DNA of 61,781 nucleotides, the filler included, from Squatina squatina (lineage: Eukaryota), in NCBI GenBank assembly GCA_031763465.1. It is 3 parts of 3 records of this genome, joined end to end, with 100 filler letters (N's around TTAATTAATTAA, not from the genome) between each part and the next. Parts side by side here need not be neighbours in the genome. Positions count along the whole stretch, not along the records: positions 1 to 21,847 come from JARFOE010000057.1; positions 21,948 to 45,197 come from JARFOE010000073.1; 1 more part is not named here. The stretch is one strand, 5' to 3'. Shown piece after piece: positions 13,071 to 26,924 of the stretch; position 1 is the stretch's first letter; the number at the start of each line of letters is the position of its first letter. The translations under genes and the position numbers were made by a program. A model generated the notes under the pieces. It was not told the origin of the DNA, made no database searches, and was given only the letters and a program-made list of their open reading frames with translations.

Positions 13071-16000
13071 TATGGCCTGGAATCTGTGGTCAGCAGTGAA
13101 GCAATCGCCGCTGACCTCGAAGAAAGCCGCCCACAAAGATTTTGCGATCTCTGCGGCGAAAACTTTACCTTTCTCAGCCTTAATTCAATTGTAGCGCTAT
13201 CAAAAAAGAGGATCCCCAGTGTACATTAGCAGTGATATCATAAAGCTGCCCAAGGACCCAATCACATTTTAGGATTCTCAGACAGCAAACCAGGAAATAA
13301 AAAGCACTGATTATCATTTCACTTTTTTTTTTAAATTGAGAAAAATAAAGATTGGGACAGTCACATGGTGTTAATGTAGAAGCTGAAATGTAAACCAACT
13401 TCAATTATTTTTTTTAAATATTTTTAAAAATCTAGTAATTTTTTTTAATCATAGTGGAGAAATTTGACAGTCCGCAAATATAAAATTAGTTTTTCAGGGC
13501 TATAACGGTTGTTCAGCAGTCAATATGCCGTTAAAACATGTTATGCCTCCTTGAACAAGGCTTAACTTTTTAAAATGGGGTATAAAACAACATAATTAGA
13601 GCAGAAAAGTTTCCGTCAGTTCAAGTGACTTCACTGATTGCCGGCTATCCGAGTTCCACAGGGATGACTGGCCGCAACTTCACAATTTCCACATTTAGCT
13701 GCACCTGTGCTAAATCCTGAAGTTGCAGTCAGTTTCAGAGAGGTAATGGTGAACGCTAACAGTTTCACCATCATTATCGCTGTAAAATCTGCGCCATGGA
13801 CAGGAAATGACATTAAAGTGCCAGAAGAAGGAGCCATTGATGTACGATCTGGAGCAGGAACAGGAAGTGGAATCCCAGTGTGAATCTGTCCTAGAAAAAC
13901 ATTAAAAAATATTGATCATTCTGAATGTCACATCTGACCGATCTTGGAAATATAATGCAATAGACTCAAATTAGCATCCATTATTTGAGCATGACAATGG
14001 GTCAAAGCCTATTTCACTTGCACAATGGTTAGACTTAGATGGAGTCAGTACTGCAGCCAAGATTTAATATTTGAGTTGACCAGCACCAACTTTCCCCATT
14101 ACCCATGCCCCAGAAAAAACAACAGACACTATAGAAACCCATATTCCCTAACATGTAAAGTTATAGCAATGTAATACGAAAAGGCAATGTGGTTTATCCA
14201 ATCAGCTCATTCCATAAAATTCTGCCCTTTCAAATTTCTGATGAAGGACAGTAACTACAGGTAGAAAACTACCAGGAACATAAAACTCTGCAACTGCTTC
14301 CTGCTTCCCAAGGTAATGAAAAGAAACCGCAAGGTGTCAATCGAAGCTTCCCGCTTCCCACCTGTTGCTGCACTTTTGAGACCCGATGGCTCCCATAAAC
14401 ACTGTTCAGTTGGAGTAATATGAAGTGGTCTAATTCTCACGAAGCACCAAAGTCTCAACAATGAATCGAGTGCAATGAGTGTATCTACCTCCCTCAATTG
14501 GCCACTCATCAGATGTAAACCTGGACAGTGGGCCTTGGTAAGCCATCACAGTGGAACCTGATCCTGCCCTCCGCGAAGGCCCACACATGCAAAGCTTCTA
14601 CAATGAGTCACCAGTTAGGAACAGGAACCCTGATTATTTTTTTCCCTTCTCCTAACCTGGGCAAACTGAAGCCAATGATCTTAGCCCATTTCTGCCTCAG
14701 CAGAGGTCAGAAAAATAGCAGGGTTCCAGGGATAAAATATGGCAGTGGTTCCCAGAATCTCCAAAGGGGTTTGCGAAATGATTCAGGGGGGTCAAGGGTA
14801 AAATCACGTAATGGCGGAAGGGCCGCTACTGAAAGAGGGGGAGGAGCNNNNNNNNNNNNNNNNNNNNNNNNNNNNNNNNNNNNNNNNNNNNNNNNNNNNN
14901 NNNNNNNNNNNNNNNNNNNNNNNNNNNNNNNNNNNNNNNNNNNNNNNGTGCCAGTTTAACGCCGGAATAAAAGGACGAGTTGGGCGCCCTTGATTTTTAC
15001 ATTGGTCATAGAAGTCCAGCCATCTGTCTTTTTATAGTTATTTCAAAAGTGCTCATCAACATTTATAATAATTTAGTCAGCTCACAACAAATTACTGTAC
15101 AGGTTTCTCTGACATACAGGCTCCAAATACAGGCTGATTGGTGGTTTTGGCATAATTGGTAATCCAGTGGGGAAATGAGATTATGCGCTCAATCCTAGCA
15201 CTCAACAGCATGATGTGCTTTAGAAAATCCTGTCAGGGTAGGAAAACCAGTCTCTTGGTCTGCAGAACAGTTTCAATATCTGAAGATCAGACGTGACATT
15301 CCTTTTTAGGCATGGAATAGATAGAGGGTAAAAGATTGCCCTACAAGGTTTCGTCACTGGCCTTTAATCTCAATATTTTAAGAAGCACAATCCAGTGTAC
15401 CATCAAATGATATTTCCAGTTTATGCACCAGCCTCCCTTGTGTATCTCTCACTGATGTTGCCATTTTTGCCATCTAGGTCTTGAAATGGGAGAGATTTCT
15501 GCTGTAGATTGATACTGATGAAAATCAGTTCACTTGGGACTCAGTCTAGGGTGGACCAGAATCCAGGGCCGAGAGATGAGAAGATTGGGAGATAATCCAC
15601 CGCACCAACTAGTTCCATCCTCTCCCAAAGTGAAGAAAATTCCAAATGAAAAAAAAACTCCCACTTCCATCAAGCTGGCATTTTCTGCTTGAGTTGCAGC
15701 AAGGATTTTTTCAGCATAATATAATAATTTTCTGTCAGCTTTTTCTTTTGTTCCTTCATTTCTTACGTGTCATTTGGTGACCTATTTCAGTAAGCAGAAG
15801 GTTGCATAAACCTGGATCAGCTCTAACCTAGATTGTAAGACCAATGTGTCAACTAAACCCATTTTAATTGTATCAAAATGCTTAATAATTGTGAGAAATA
15901 ATGGCTCTTGTTTTACACTGCCGTGATTCAGCCCACCCTTACTTATGACATTTAATAGCTGTGGAGCGTTGATATGACCTGAATGAGGGCTNNNNNNNNN

Positions 16001-18097
16001 NNNNNNNNNNNNNNNNNNNNNNNNNNNNNNNNNNNNNNNNNNNNNNNNNNNNNNNNNNNNNNNNNNNNNNNNNNNNNNNNNNNNNNNNNNNTTCAGGATG
16101 GCCAGCGGCCCTCCCCTTTAATGGAAGTGCGCTGCATCTGACGTCAGCGCGCTGTGGCGCATACGTGCCGCTCTGATGTCACTAGTGTGGCATTGACGTT
16201 CTCAGTGTCACACAGTGACACCCCCGGTCGGTCGTCCCAGTTCTGCCCTGACAGCGAGGTGGACATCACCACGCCTCGCTCCCACCATGGAACACCAAAT
16301 TCTGCGGCGGATAAAGGTTTTTGGGAGCTGGCGCAACAAATGCTGGCTCACGCTCAATANNNNNNNNNNCTGCTCCTTGAGCATCCTGGCTGAATTTAGG
16401 CCCCGAAGTGTTTTACTTCTTAATTAAAAGGCTTGGCTCAATATGCATGACAATGTATTAAGAGCAGCGTATGCCATTTTTTTAAATGAATGAGGTTCAG
16501 TAACTGTTCCCGAGTAGTAACTGAAGTAGCTTCAACGTGTTGTGCTGATCACGTTCTCTTTGAAACAATATTTTTCTGCACAAAGTTTGCCGATTAAAGC
16601 TGATGCTTTTGGAAGTCAGGGAAAGAATCACATTTCACTTATGTTTTTTAATCCCATACAAGAAGGTTGGCATCTGGAGCAGATGTCCTCTTAATTCATT
16701 TTAAAGGCATCCTGGAACATTGTGTAATCTGGACCATATGTCATAGTAATTATTGCAAAGGTACCTGTTGAAAGCATTTCCAAATAGTATTTGCATGCAT
16801 TGTTTAAAATTAGTTATCACAACATCCCTATTCAAATCTTTCCAAAGCACATCTGTGCTTTCATCAGCAATAAGAGACAACTAACAGAAAGGTCGTCTAT
16901 CACTAAAGTGAGTGTTAAAATGAGTTATGTAATTTCATTAGCATTTCATGTTTGTACATTATTCCCATTGAAACTGTGGTGACAAATGATCATTTAAAAT
17001 GAATGTTGCACTCGAGTTACATCGAGTTTACAGCACCAAACACATCCAACTGGTCTGCTTCATACAAGCCCCCTCCTACCTCTCTTCATCTAACCCAATC
17101 AGCATGTCCTTCTATTCCTTTCTAGTACATGTGCTGATCCAGCTTCCCCTGTTGAATGCTGTTAGGGGCCCCAATTAGCAGCGCTACCCGGGCGTAACAT
17201 CAGCATTGAGGCAAAAAATTGAAAAATGCTTTATTGGGCATGGCGCCCCAGTGGTGTATAGGCCCCACCGGCACACCAACCCCTCTGCACCTGCCCGTGA
17301 CCCCGCTATGTGCTGCGGGGGCACCGCCTCCAAACTTGTAAGTGGCCTGCCACACGACGCCACCAGCGTTGGCAACGACAGGATTCCCCTGTCGTTGCTA
17401 GGGGCCGTTAAAGGCACGTGTCCTGTGCCGGCAGTTACNNNNNNNNNNNNNNNNNNNNNNNNNNNNNNNNNNNNNNNNNNNNNNNNNNNNNNNNNNNNNN
17501 NNNNNNNNNNNNNNNNNNNNNNNNNNNNNNNNNNNNNNACCCATTTTTCTGTCACATGTTTGCATGTCACTCCTATCCAATATCCTTATTGATTCCACTT
17601 GAAGTTACATGGAAATGTCATGTAAATCATGAAACTTACAACTGGCTTGTATAAAAGGTTGGTAATTTTAATACTGCCCAGTTGCCCAGTGCCAGAACTG
17701 AATTGCAGTTGAAGGGAGAATGCATTCAACTCAAATCATCTTACTCTGAGCTGTGTTCTCCAGAGCTGTAACTTGCACATATCTTGAATTTATCATTTCT
17801 CTCCACTGTGTTTGACTGTTGTTGCTTATTTGGGACTGGAGCCTGTACTCTTATCGTATTCTGAAACAAGCACAGTAATGGCAAACAAAATACAATTTCT
17901 GCTCTCTCTTCACAGTTGTGTGGACTTGTAATGCTTTTCTTCATTTGGAAAGATCTTGTAATCCTATATACGCAATTCATTAATGGTATGGATTGGATTA
18001 TTTTCTCCACAGATCTGCAATATGAAGTGTAAATGATGCTTGTTTAATTCATTTTTTACACTTATATGGCATGTCTTTCTCTCTTTTGTTTCCTTAG

Positions 18098-18154
18098 TAT
18101 ACAACAAGTTTATGGAGCACAGCATCCCCCATTTGATCCCCGGCTACACAAAAA
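18098..18154 (+). CDS. TBC1D22B: TBC1D22B exon 2 (57 nt)
   Basis: Acceptor tccttag and donor gtaggt. Encodes (S)IQQVYGAQHPPFDPRLHK(N); compare human SIQPVYGAQHPPLDPRLTKN. Too short to appear in the ORF track. Confidence 0.92.
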
Positions 18155-19383
18155 GTAGGTTTGCAGTATAATTCATTGTTCTCTTGTGATATCGTAAAGT
18201 GCTGTTTTCAGTCTAAATGACCTGTTAATGTAACCATAGCTTTGTCAAGTGATAGAGGAATTGATTTACTGTAAATATGCATCATCGCAATGATTAGGAT
18301 TTGCTTTGTTCTATAATAATCATAGAAGAGTACAACAGAGATAACCTAATTAATTTGTTCCAAGTTCAAACTAGTGGGTTCAGGAGCTCAATTGTGATTA
18401 GTAGGTGTTTGTTATTGTGAAGCCGACTTTGAGAAGGCAGACCATATTATTGACTAACGATTATAATACAAGTAATTTGGCACTGGAATGTCTCTGGTAC
18501 AAGATGTGTGCACTTCCTGGCATGATGATGCCTTTTACTAGTTTTGTTGCGATCATATGCGATATGTATTCAAACACAACACAAGTGTGTTCAAGAGTTT
18601 GTGACTGCCATTTTAAGAGATATGGGAAATTTTAAGATTGGGACTGGGTTCCTGTTTGGAGAACATTTACATTTGGTTAAGCAGTTGGTACCAGAAACTT
18701 GCATTGGATGGTAGATTTAAATAATAGGAGTTAGAAAGTTAAATTCTATTTGTTGTATCCCTACTGATAGCTATTGGTGCTGCAGTGCATTACTGAAATA
18801 AAAACTACGGTGAATGAAGTATTACCCTGCCTCTCCCCCTGCCCCGGGGGGGGGGGGGGGGCGGGCGNNNNNNNNNNCCTCCCCGCCCGCCCGCCCGCCC
18901 CATTGCCAATCATGAAGCTGGCAACATGGAGTAATCTATCTACTGCATCTATATTGGCTGTAGTGTATATAGCCAGGATACATGTAAGTGCTACTGCAAT
19001 GGTAGCTTTGAACGTGGCCTGGGTTGCTTTCATTTCTGATCAAGACCTTCTTTCAGCTGACTTTTTTTGAGATTCTTGATGCATAGTGAAGATTTGTCAA
19101 TCATCAAGAAAAGTTTATGCATGCAACTGATGCAAGTGCTTGCATTGAATGGCATTTTATGTGATTGTCACTTGGTTAACTTTGGCACATAACAGTTCTC
19201 TTCAGTGTGCAATTTTACCTAAAAGAAAACTTATAGTATACATACAATTATATGATGCATTTTGTGTTGAAACTTNNNNNNNNNNNNNNNNNNNNNNNNN
19301 NNNNNNNNNNNNNNNNNNNNNNNNNNNNNNNNNNNNNNNNNNNNNNNNNNNNNNNNNNNNNNNNNNNNNNNNNNNTCTTGCAG

Positions 19384-19697
19384 CTTGCTTAAAGAAGGTT
19401 CTAAGATGTATGCACAGTCAAAGTCAAAGAGAGCCTCAAGTTTCCATGAGTTTGCAAAAAGCACCAGTGATGCTTGGGACATTGGGGATGATGAAGAAGA
19501 GGAGTTCGTGTCTTTTGCTTCCCAAAGCTTTAATTCAAAGGTTGCATTGGCAACAGCTGCTCAGGTCATTCAGAACCACAATAAATTGAAGGAACATCCT
19601 GGAGAGAAAATGCAGCAATCGCAATCAGTCGATGAGGCTAAAACGAATGGCAAGGTGGTCAAATCAAACAGTGAAGTACAACTGTCAAAGTCTTCAG
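19384..19697 (+). CDS. TBC1D22B: TBC1D22B exon 3
   Basis: Acceptor cttgcag and donor gtaagg. Encodes LLKEGSK...KRASSFHEFAKSTSDAWDIGDDEEEE...NSKVALATAAQVIQNHNKL...KVVKSNSEVQLSKSS. Confidence 0.94.
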
Positions 19698-20014
19698 GTA
19701 AGGGCCTGCTTATACTTCTACAGGTAGTTGGTTTGTGATCTTGGTCATTGGAGATGATAGTAGTTGGTAGCCCTCTATTTTACATTATTCCTTGCTGTGT
19801 TGTGAGGTTGCCCATACAGCTTTCATAAACAAATGCAACACTGGTACCTTTGCACACTGTTAAGTTCTTCGTGTGTTTGTGTGTATACTGCAGAATCAAT
19901 GAGGATGAGGCAGGTGTTTCTGAGCAAGCTAATTAATGTCTGATTCTGATTCTGTAATAATTCCTATCTGAACTGAAACAGTGATGCTTTTTAAGTATAT
20001 TTAAGTATCACTTT

Positions 20015-20405
20015 GGCTCAGTTAGTGGCTCTGTTGCCTGAGTGAGAGGATTTGGGCTTGAGCCCCATTGCAGACTTGAGCATATAATCTAGGCTGATAC
20101 TTCAGTGCAGTACTGAGAATGTGCTGCATTGTTCAGATGAGATATTTACCTGAAGCCCTGTCTGGTTGCTCAAGTGGATGTAAAGGATCTTCTGGTACTA
20201 TTGCAGAAATGCAGGGAGTTTTTCCTTTGTCCTGGCCAACATACCTCCTTCAACTAATGCCACCATAAACAGATCTTTGTTCATTTTTTTTTGCTGTTTG
20301 TGGGTGGGGCCTTGATATGTGCAAATTTGCTGCTGTGTTTGGTTATGTAGTAACAGTGACAGCATTTCAGAAGCGATCCACTGGCTGTAAAGCATTGAGG
20401 ACTTA
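20015..20405 (+). mobile_element. Deu-domain SINE (SacSINE1-like), near full length, decayed
   Basis: tRNA-like head tggctcagttagtggc...gggcttgagcccc followed by the conserved body atctaggctga...cagtgcagtactgag...gtgcaaatttgctgctgtg. Confidence 0.7.
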
Positions 20406-21591
20406 AGGTGATATGCCTGTTCTTTTTTCTTTATCACACAGTAGTCGGACGGTTCTCACTGTTTTGAGATAGGGACAGATGGATGAGTAGCATATTTAAT
20501 GCCCGTTTCTTAGTGTGAACACAATTCTTCTATTCTGAGAGGAATCCCATCATACATTACACTGGGTTATAAGTTATCAATCCAAGGGGTCTTCACTCAA
20601 ATTAACACACACAGTGCAAAAAATTTATAGGTTTATTTCCCTGCTCACATTTCACTCCTTACAGTGTGAGGTAATCCATGGAAGGATTGGGTTTACCACT
20701 GACGGAGTACAATAGACTCATGTAGGATTCATAATTGCATATCCTTTTGATTTATTACAGATGAAGACTGAATGAGCTGCTGTCCACTCCTCCACTGACA
20801 AGTCTCTATTAAGACCTCACTCCTATTCAAGTCTCAGTTGAAAATTTGAGTCTTGAACATGCTAATAAAAGGGGTATGAAGTGCATAGCATCTTTGTCTG
20901 AGTGGTTATTGGCCAGGAAGTAATGTATTGGGTTGCCAATATGAGGAACTGCCTTTTTGGTTGAATCTTTCAGAAGGCAACATAACAGCAAGAAACCTCC
21001 TTTATNNNNNNNNNNNNNNNNNNNNNNNNNNNNNNNNNNNNNNNNNNNNNNNNNNNNNNNNNNNNNNNNNNNNNNNNNNNNNNNNNNNNNNNNNNNNNNN
21101 NNNNNAGTGATCTGAAGTTAAAGAGATCATGTGACAGTATATGCTATACCCAGTAAACTGGATTACAGTGATAAGGGATCTCTTTCCAATCCCTGGGCCT
21201 TGCTACATTTAACTAGCTATTGAGCAGGTAAAGCCGTCCTCCAGTTCACCAGGGATACTTAGTCTGCTTATGGGAGTGGCCAGTGATGCTAACACAATGA
21301 AGGTACAATGAGTAATCTCACAAGAGATCCATTAACAAATATATGTGTACAACCTGTTCAATGCATTTCAGCAATTATGAATACATAGCTACCTATAGTA
21401 TTCTCAAAATGTCATCATGCTTGTGGGGATATAACCAATATATCTGTGTTAACAGTTTCCATTTGAAATCTATGAAATAGGTGGAGCAGATTAGGCTAGG
21501 CTAACTTGATCTTCCTTCCAGCAACTGTAAAATGTGTTTTAACCAATAACTTTTAGGAAAAATAATGACTGTGACCTCATTTTTATTCCAG

Positions 21592-21771
21592 GTGGCTCTT
21601 TAGGCAGAGTAACACTCCAGAAACAACAGTCACTCCCTTCGCGGCCTGTTATTCCATTAGTGGCACGAATTTCAGATCAGAATGCATCAGGGGCGCCACC
21701 AATGACTATAAGAGAAAAATCCCGCCATGAAAAGTTCAAGCTGCTTTTAAGCAGTGCACACACAGATTTAG
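21592..21771 (+). CDS. TBC1D22B: TBC1D22B exon 4 (180 nt)
   Basis: Acceptor tattccag and donor gtaagt. Encodes GGSLGRVTLQKQQSLPSRPVIPLVARISDQNASGAPPMTIREKSRHEKFKLLLSSAHTDL. Not in the ORF track. Confidence 0.94.
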
Positions 21772-21847
21772 GTAAGTTCATGAAGAAATAACAGATGAAA
21801 CCCATTACATTAAATTTGATGGATGCCATGATGCCATATATTTAAGA

Positions 21848-21947
21848 NNNNNNNNNNNNNNNNNNNNNNNNNNNNNNNNNNNNNNNNNNNNTTAATTAAT
21901 TAANNNNNNNNNNNNNNNNNNNNNNNNNNNNNNNNNNNNNNNNNNNN
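21848..21947. other. Artificial scaffold-joining linker (N44-TTAATTAATTAA-N44)
   Basis: The palindromic 12-mer at 21892-21903 has stops in all six frames and sits centred in Ns. Gene content changes across it. Confidence 0.95.
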
Positions 21948-23834
21948 ATACATACATTTAAGGGGAATATAGATAGATTCATGAGGAAAGAATGAATAGA
22001 AGAAGATGTTGAAATGGTGAGATTAAGTAAATGGAGTGGGAGGAAGCTTGTGCAAAAATACTGGCCTGTTTCTGTGCTGTAAATTCTATGTAACTAAGTT
22101 CTTTCCCATCAAATACCCTCAGGTCTGGTGGCAAGTGTGGGTTAGATGCTCCCTCTACACTGCACAGCAAGTACTCTCAAGCCACATATAGCACAATTAG
22201 ATCTTGTGTTAAGTTCCTTCTGCATTGCCTTGTACTCCCTACTGTACCAGAAAGACATTTTTTCTTTTCTCACACAATTGTTTAGGTCCCTTTGAGTGAG
22301 ATTGCCAATTTAGTGGTAAATAATGTTTTAGAAATTGTACAGACGCAGAGACAGGCGACTCTCAAACCATCAATGGGCTGGATTACAGTCCAGGTTTAAT
22401 TACCTGTATGCCCAGTCCCTTGGGGTGTTGGGTATTTATGATGGTGGAATCATTCGAAACCTCCAATACTCTAAGAAATATTTTCAAGAACTCTGGTCCC
22501 AGTAAACCTTTATTTTATACACGGATGCTCCCCCAGTGTTGATCTTTCCATCTTCACAAAATACCTTCTGAAAATCACTGCTTTCCGCTAGCTAACAGTG
22601 GTTATTCATTGCTACAGAACATCATGTAGCGCTCATCATAAGAAGAAAAAAAAACTTGCATTTATATTGCGCCCCAACATCTCAGGATGTCTCAAAGCGA
22701 TTTACTGCCAATGAATAACTTTTTTCAAAGTGTAGTCACTGCTAAAATATAATAATGTCATGCTACTTGTTACTACATCTTTGGCAGGAAACCACTCTCC
22801 CTTCCGTTTGAATCTTTCCAATCCTTCTGAAAGCTTTAACTGAGGCCACATTCACCATTTTGGGTCCAGCCAGTCCCTCCTGCGGCTTTAAGTGCTGCAC
22901 TAGCTGCCAGCCTATTGTACCCGAGGCTGCCTTTTCACCATGCTGGGCAGCAGCCTGTCCCATTCAAGTCTGCATACAGGTGGCTCGACAATAGCCTATC
23001 CCATCCAAGGCCATATTCACTGCACTGGGTGGCAGCCCCTTCCACCCAAGTCTGAAAAAAACCAACCTCCTTTAAGTTATGATGAATCTCCTTCCCTATG
23101 GTTAATGTTCCCTTTATCCCACTTCATTCAGTAAACACCCCCTGCATCACAGATGTACTGCTATTAGCAACTCTGTAACTGACTCAATAACATACATCGA
23201 GAATATCAAGAATTCATAATTAGTCTACCTTTACATTCTAATTAAAATGCACTTTGAAACACACCCACTCTGATCAGCAAAACACAATAAATCTTTAAAA
23301 CAGGAGGAGGTATGTTCACATTGATGAACAGTGACTTACTGAGGAACTATTCTGACACAGACTGCAAGAATCCATTGTGTGAAGGAGTAAGTCTCCAGTT
23401 GGGTGCATTACATAGTTGAGTCTGTAGCACCTCTGCTGCTACAACCACTAGAGTGGCCCACTGCAACCCTCCAACAAATGAAGTGGTGCTGCACAGCCCT
23501 GCAAACAACATGGCAGTCTACAGCAGCCTTCCAGTCTCCAAAATAGCCCAATAGAGCCAACCAGTCACCACAGTTTTCCATCTTCAGGAGAGTCCCATCG
23601 CAGGCACCAAAAGTGTATTACATGGTACAAAATCTGATGCTTGGATGCGTTCCTTCAAGAATTCCTTAAACAATGATAAAACGAGTCCACTATGACATAA
23701 TATGGGAGGCTTCTCACATCCATAGGCTGCAAGGCAGCATCTCCTGAAGGGCTTGACAATCCACTACATCTGGGAATGTTGGTGCTGGTAAAGGATTGGA
23801 GGCAGGTTGTGCAGAGCAGAAAAAGGTCACTTAC

Positions 23835-24019
23835 TGAGAGAGTAGGTCAGAGTGGTAGTAGTAGTCAGACAATTTGTCCAGAAACGAGCGAGGCTCCAGG
23901 ATAAAGGTTGGTAGTACGACTCGGGATAGGTCCATTCCAGGTCGGAGCTGCTTCAACACTGTCCACATCAGACTCCTGTTTTCCTCAGTCACTGTTTCAG
24001 TCTGAGTGGTTTCACTAAT
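23835..24019 (-). CDS. OSBPL5: OSBPL5 (ORP5) exon, start of the oxysterol-binding domain
   Basis: Acceptor ctgcag and donor gtaagt. Encodes ISETTQTETVTEENRSLMWTVLKQLRPGMDLSRVVLPTFILEPRSFLDKLSDYYYHSDLLS. The residues LMW, QLRP, LSRVV and DLLS favour OSBPL5 over OSBPL8. Confidence 0.88.
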
Positions 24020-24690
24020 CTGCAGACCGAAATGAAAGATCAAGTTACTGTCAGTAACAAAGGGGCTCATGCTTCAGAACCAACGAGGCAAAGTTCCCCA
24101 TTGTCTCAGACCACTGCAATGGGTTCAACTCTCCTGGGATTGTTTGGAAGAGGAAACATCAGCCATGGTTCTTACTGCTGACCACTATCCAATGGCCCCT
24201 GCAGGAAAGTGTACGTGAGGACAGATCAGGCTCAGCTGTGGTGCCTTTGCTGTCGACCAACCTGCCGACAATCAATGTCTAGACTCACACATGAAGAATA
24301 GCAGCTTGGGCAAGGTACCAGAGGGCACTCAGCAACCATGAAACCATACTCCAGTAAGATTCAGCTTCAGGAAAGGAGGGGGAATGATTTTTATAAATTA
24401 AGCAAAATGATTACATTTAACTTCAGAGTGCATCAAACTCTTCTATCCAATGTTCAAGGTGCTTTCCCACTGCAATGCACCTTTCAGTTCACAGACTTGC
24501 CTCCTCCCTCTTTGATGCAGTGTTTTGCCATCCAAACTCACCCAAGGGGGAATCAGATCTCCAGTGATTGTCACTCTGGGAATCTCATGCTCAGGAGTTT
24601 GTGTGCGCAAGGCCACAGAGTCATTAGGAAAACAATCTCTTAAACCCCATTACTACATGATGCAGAGAGCCTCTGCTCTACAGCTCTTAC

Positions 24691-24925
24691 TTCTCCAAAA
24701 TCCTCTGAACTGTCTGCCACGTAAGTCGTCTCTGATAAGTCCTTCCTGCTCATCTCCTCCTGGATTTCGGACAGGTCTGTGTCACTTTCCTCACTCCTGC
24801 TGCTCTTGTCATGTGTGTCATTTTCCAGCTCCTCACGGTGGGGATCATTCTCTCGGTCTGATTTGTCAGAGTAGACATCGGTATCTTTGTACTGAACACG
24901 GTTTACAAACTCAGCATCATTTAAA
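24691..24925 (-). CDS. OSBPL5: OSBPL5 exon, acidic linker between the PH and ORD domains
   Basis: Acceptor ctcttaag and donor gtaaga. Encodes LNDAEFVNRVQYKDTDVYSDKSDRENDPHREELEND...SEESDTDLSE...ETTYVADSSEDFGE and joins the next exon in phase 0. Not in the ORF track. Confidence 0.85.
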
Positions 24926-26396
24926 CTTAAGAGTGGGAGAGAAAATAAGAGATAAGTCTAAGAATAACAACCAGAACCAAAAGAATTACTAAGCTACACA
25001 AATGGGTTTTAGGAAGGCTTTCGAAGGAGGAGAGAGAAGTAGAAAATGAAGTGCTTACAGAGGAAGTTTCAGAGTGTTATACGTGGTACTGGACAGAACA
25101 TGGGATTTGAAGCTCAGCTCTGGGCTTAATAAGACATTGCACACAGCCTAGTTCAGCCTCAGCTAGTGCCCAGGAGGAGCAAAGAAGCAGAGTCTTTCCA
25201 ATGTTCAACTGCAAAAAGTTCTATCTTAATGTTAGACAATGAGTTTCACAGTGCAGAGGTGGTTGTGGGGTCAAGTGTAGTCCAATTATAGAGCCATAGA
25301 AATTTACAGCGCAGAATGAGGTTATTCGTCCCATCGTGTCTGTGCTGGGCCTTTGTTAGAGTAATTCAAAGCTAATTCCACCGCCATGCTTGCAGTAGCA
25401 GAATTAATATGGAAACGGACTTCATGATTGTGGAAGATGTTATCAAGGGATAGCGTGTAAATGAGAAAGAGGAGGGGCCAAGGATTAAACCTTGGGAAAC
25501 TTTGGAGATGTGGGGACAGGAGGAGAAGCAAATGGCTATGCAGGTGAGGTAGAAGTAGAACCATGCAAGGGCACTTCCATGGAGCTGAACAACAGAGGAG
25601 AGGTAGTATAACAGGAAGGTTGACCATGCTAAACACCATGTACAGGTCAAAGAAGGCACTCCACAGTTGCAGTCACACAGTTCACAATTGTTGTGAATTT
25701 GTCTGGGGCTGTCTCATTGCTGTGAGGAGGGCAGAAACCAGACTGAAGGTGTCTGAACTTGGACTTGCAGAGAAAGAAAACAANNNNNNNNNNNNNNNNN
25801 NNNNNNNNNNNNNNNNNNNNNNNNNNNNNNNNNNNNNNNNNNNNNNNNNNNNNNNNNNNNNNNNNNNNNNNNNNNNNNNNNNNTATTCTCCTGTTCTTTC
25901 CCTATATCCTTAAAAATGTTCTTTTTTGAATATTTATCCACATCCCTCTGCCTTCACCACTGTTTCTAGTGGGGCATTCCAGGCTGTATTTGTTCCCTCT
26001 AGCCGACTAGTAGAAGTTGATTTTTTCTTTACACCCTATTAAAACCCCTTATTAAAGGTTGGTGATGTGATGACTTGATTTCTGTACAATTCACCAATAG
26101 GACTCAAGATCATCATCTCCCACCTTCATTTTACAGGACTGGAAAATCATCCGAGTAAGTGTTTGCATGAACTGTGCTAATATTTGCTTCTTTTCTTTTC
26201 TCTTGCAACAGTAAGAGAATGCTATGGAGCCAGGTTCACTCCAGCATCCAAAGTGGGTGGTGGAACCCCTCTATAGGCCTTATGGATTTTTGGAGTGCTT
26301 TAACTAGCTCTTTGATACTGGCATATCCACACCTCTGTGCTTTCTCTTTCAAGAGAGACATTAATTCTCTGGGTCTGTGCATTGGACACACATTAC

Positions 26397-26600
26397 CTTC
26401 ACTGCCCAGATGGATTGATCCAGAGGATGGAATAGTTTGAAACAGAAGCCATCCTTTTTGGAGGGTCTTTCGATGAGCTCACAGGTGTTGAGAAGGATGG
26501 TCCCCACCCACTGGCCATTGTTGGGTGTTTTGTAAATTAGCAGAACACCAGGTTTGAGCACGCACCAGAGTTTGGTCCAGCTCTTCAGAGTACCTCGGAT
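26397..26600 (-). CDS. OSBPL5: OSBPL5 PH-domain exon (204 nt)
   Basis: Acceptor ttgcag and donor gtaatg. Encodes IRGTLKSWTKLWCVLKPGVLLIYKTPNNGQWVGTILLNTCELIERPSKKDGFCFKLFHPLDQSIWAVK. Confidence 0.9.
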
Positions 26601-26924
26601 CTGCAACAAGAGATTGTGGGTCATGGCTCTTCAATCAGTACAAAGAAACAGACTAAAACATTGAACAACATTAATTGAACAAAACAATGTACTGGACTAA
26701 TAACTATGCAGAAGTGGAGGGATTTGTCTTCGGGTTCTAGACAAAGGGGCATTGATGTAAGAACNNNNNNNNNNNNNNNNNNNNNNNNNNNNNNNNNNNN
26801 NNNNNNNNNNNNNNNNNNNNNNNNNNNNNNNNNNNNNNNNNNNNNNNNNNNNNNNNNNNNNNNNCAATAAATGCTGGCCTTGCCAGCGACGCCCACATCC
26901 TGAAACAAATAATAAAGAATAAAC

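Noticed and set aside
21892-21903. Palindromic TTAATTAATTAA as a biological site
   Set aside because: It is centred in N44 flanks and repeated identically at 45242, so it is a synthetic six-frame-stop linker.
24525-24992. 155-aa plus-strand ORF
   Set aside because: It is the antisense shadow of the OSBPL5 exon at 24691-24925.
23835-26600. OSBPL8 as the gene name, with PTPRR for the phosphatase at 39349-44432
   Set aside because: Diagnostic residues (LMW, QLRP, LSRVV, PLDQ; DMCTPG, WPDQKTPD, DILRTTCQLR) fit OSBPL5 and PTPN5 better.
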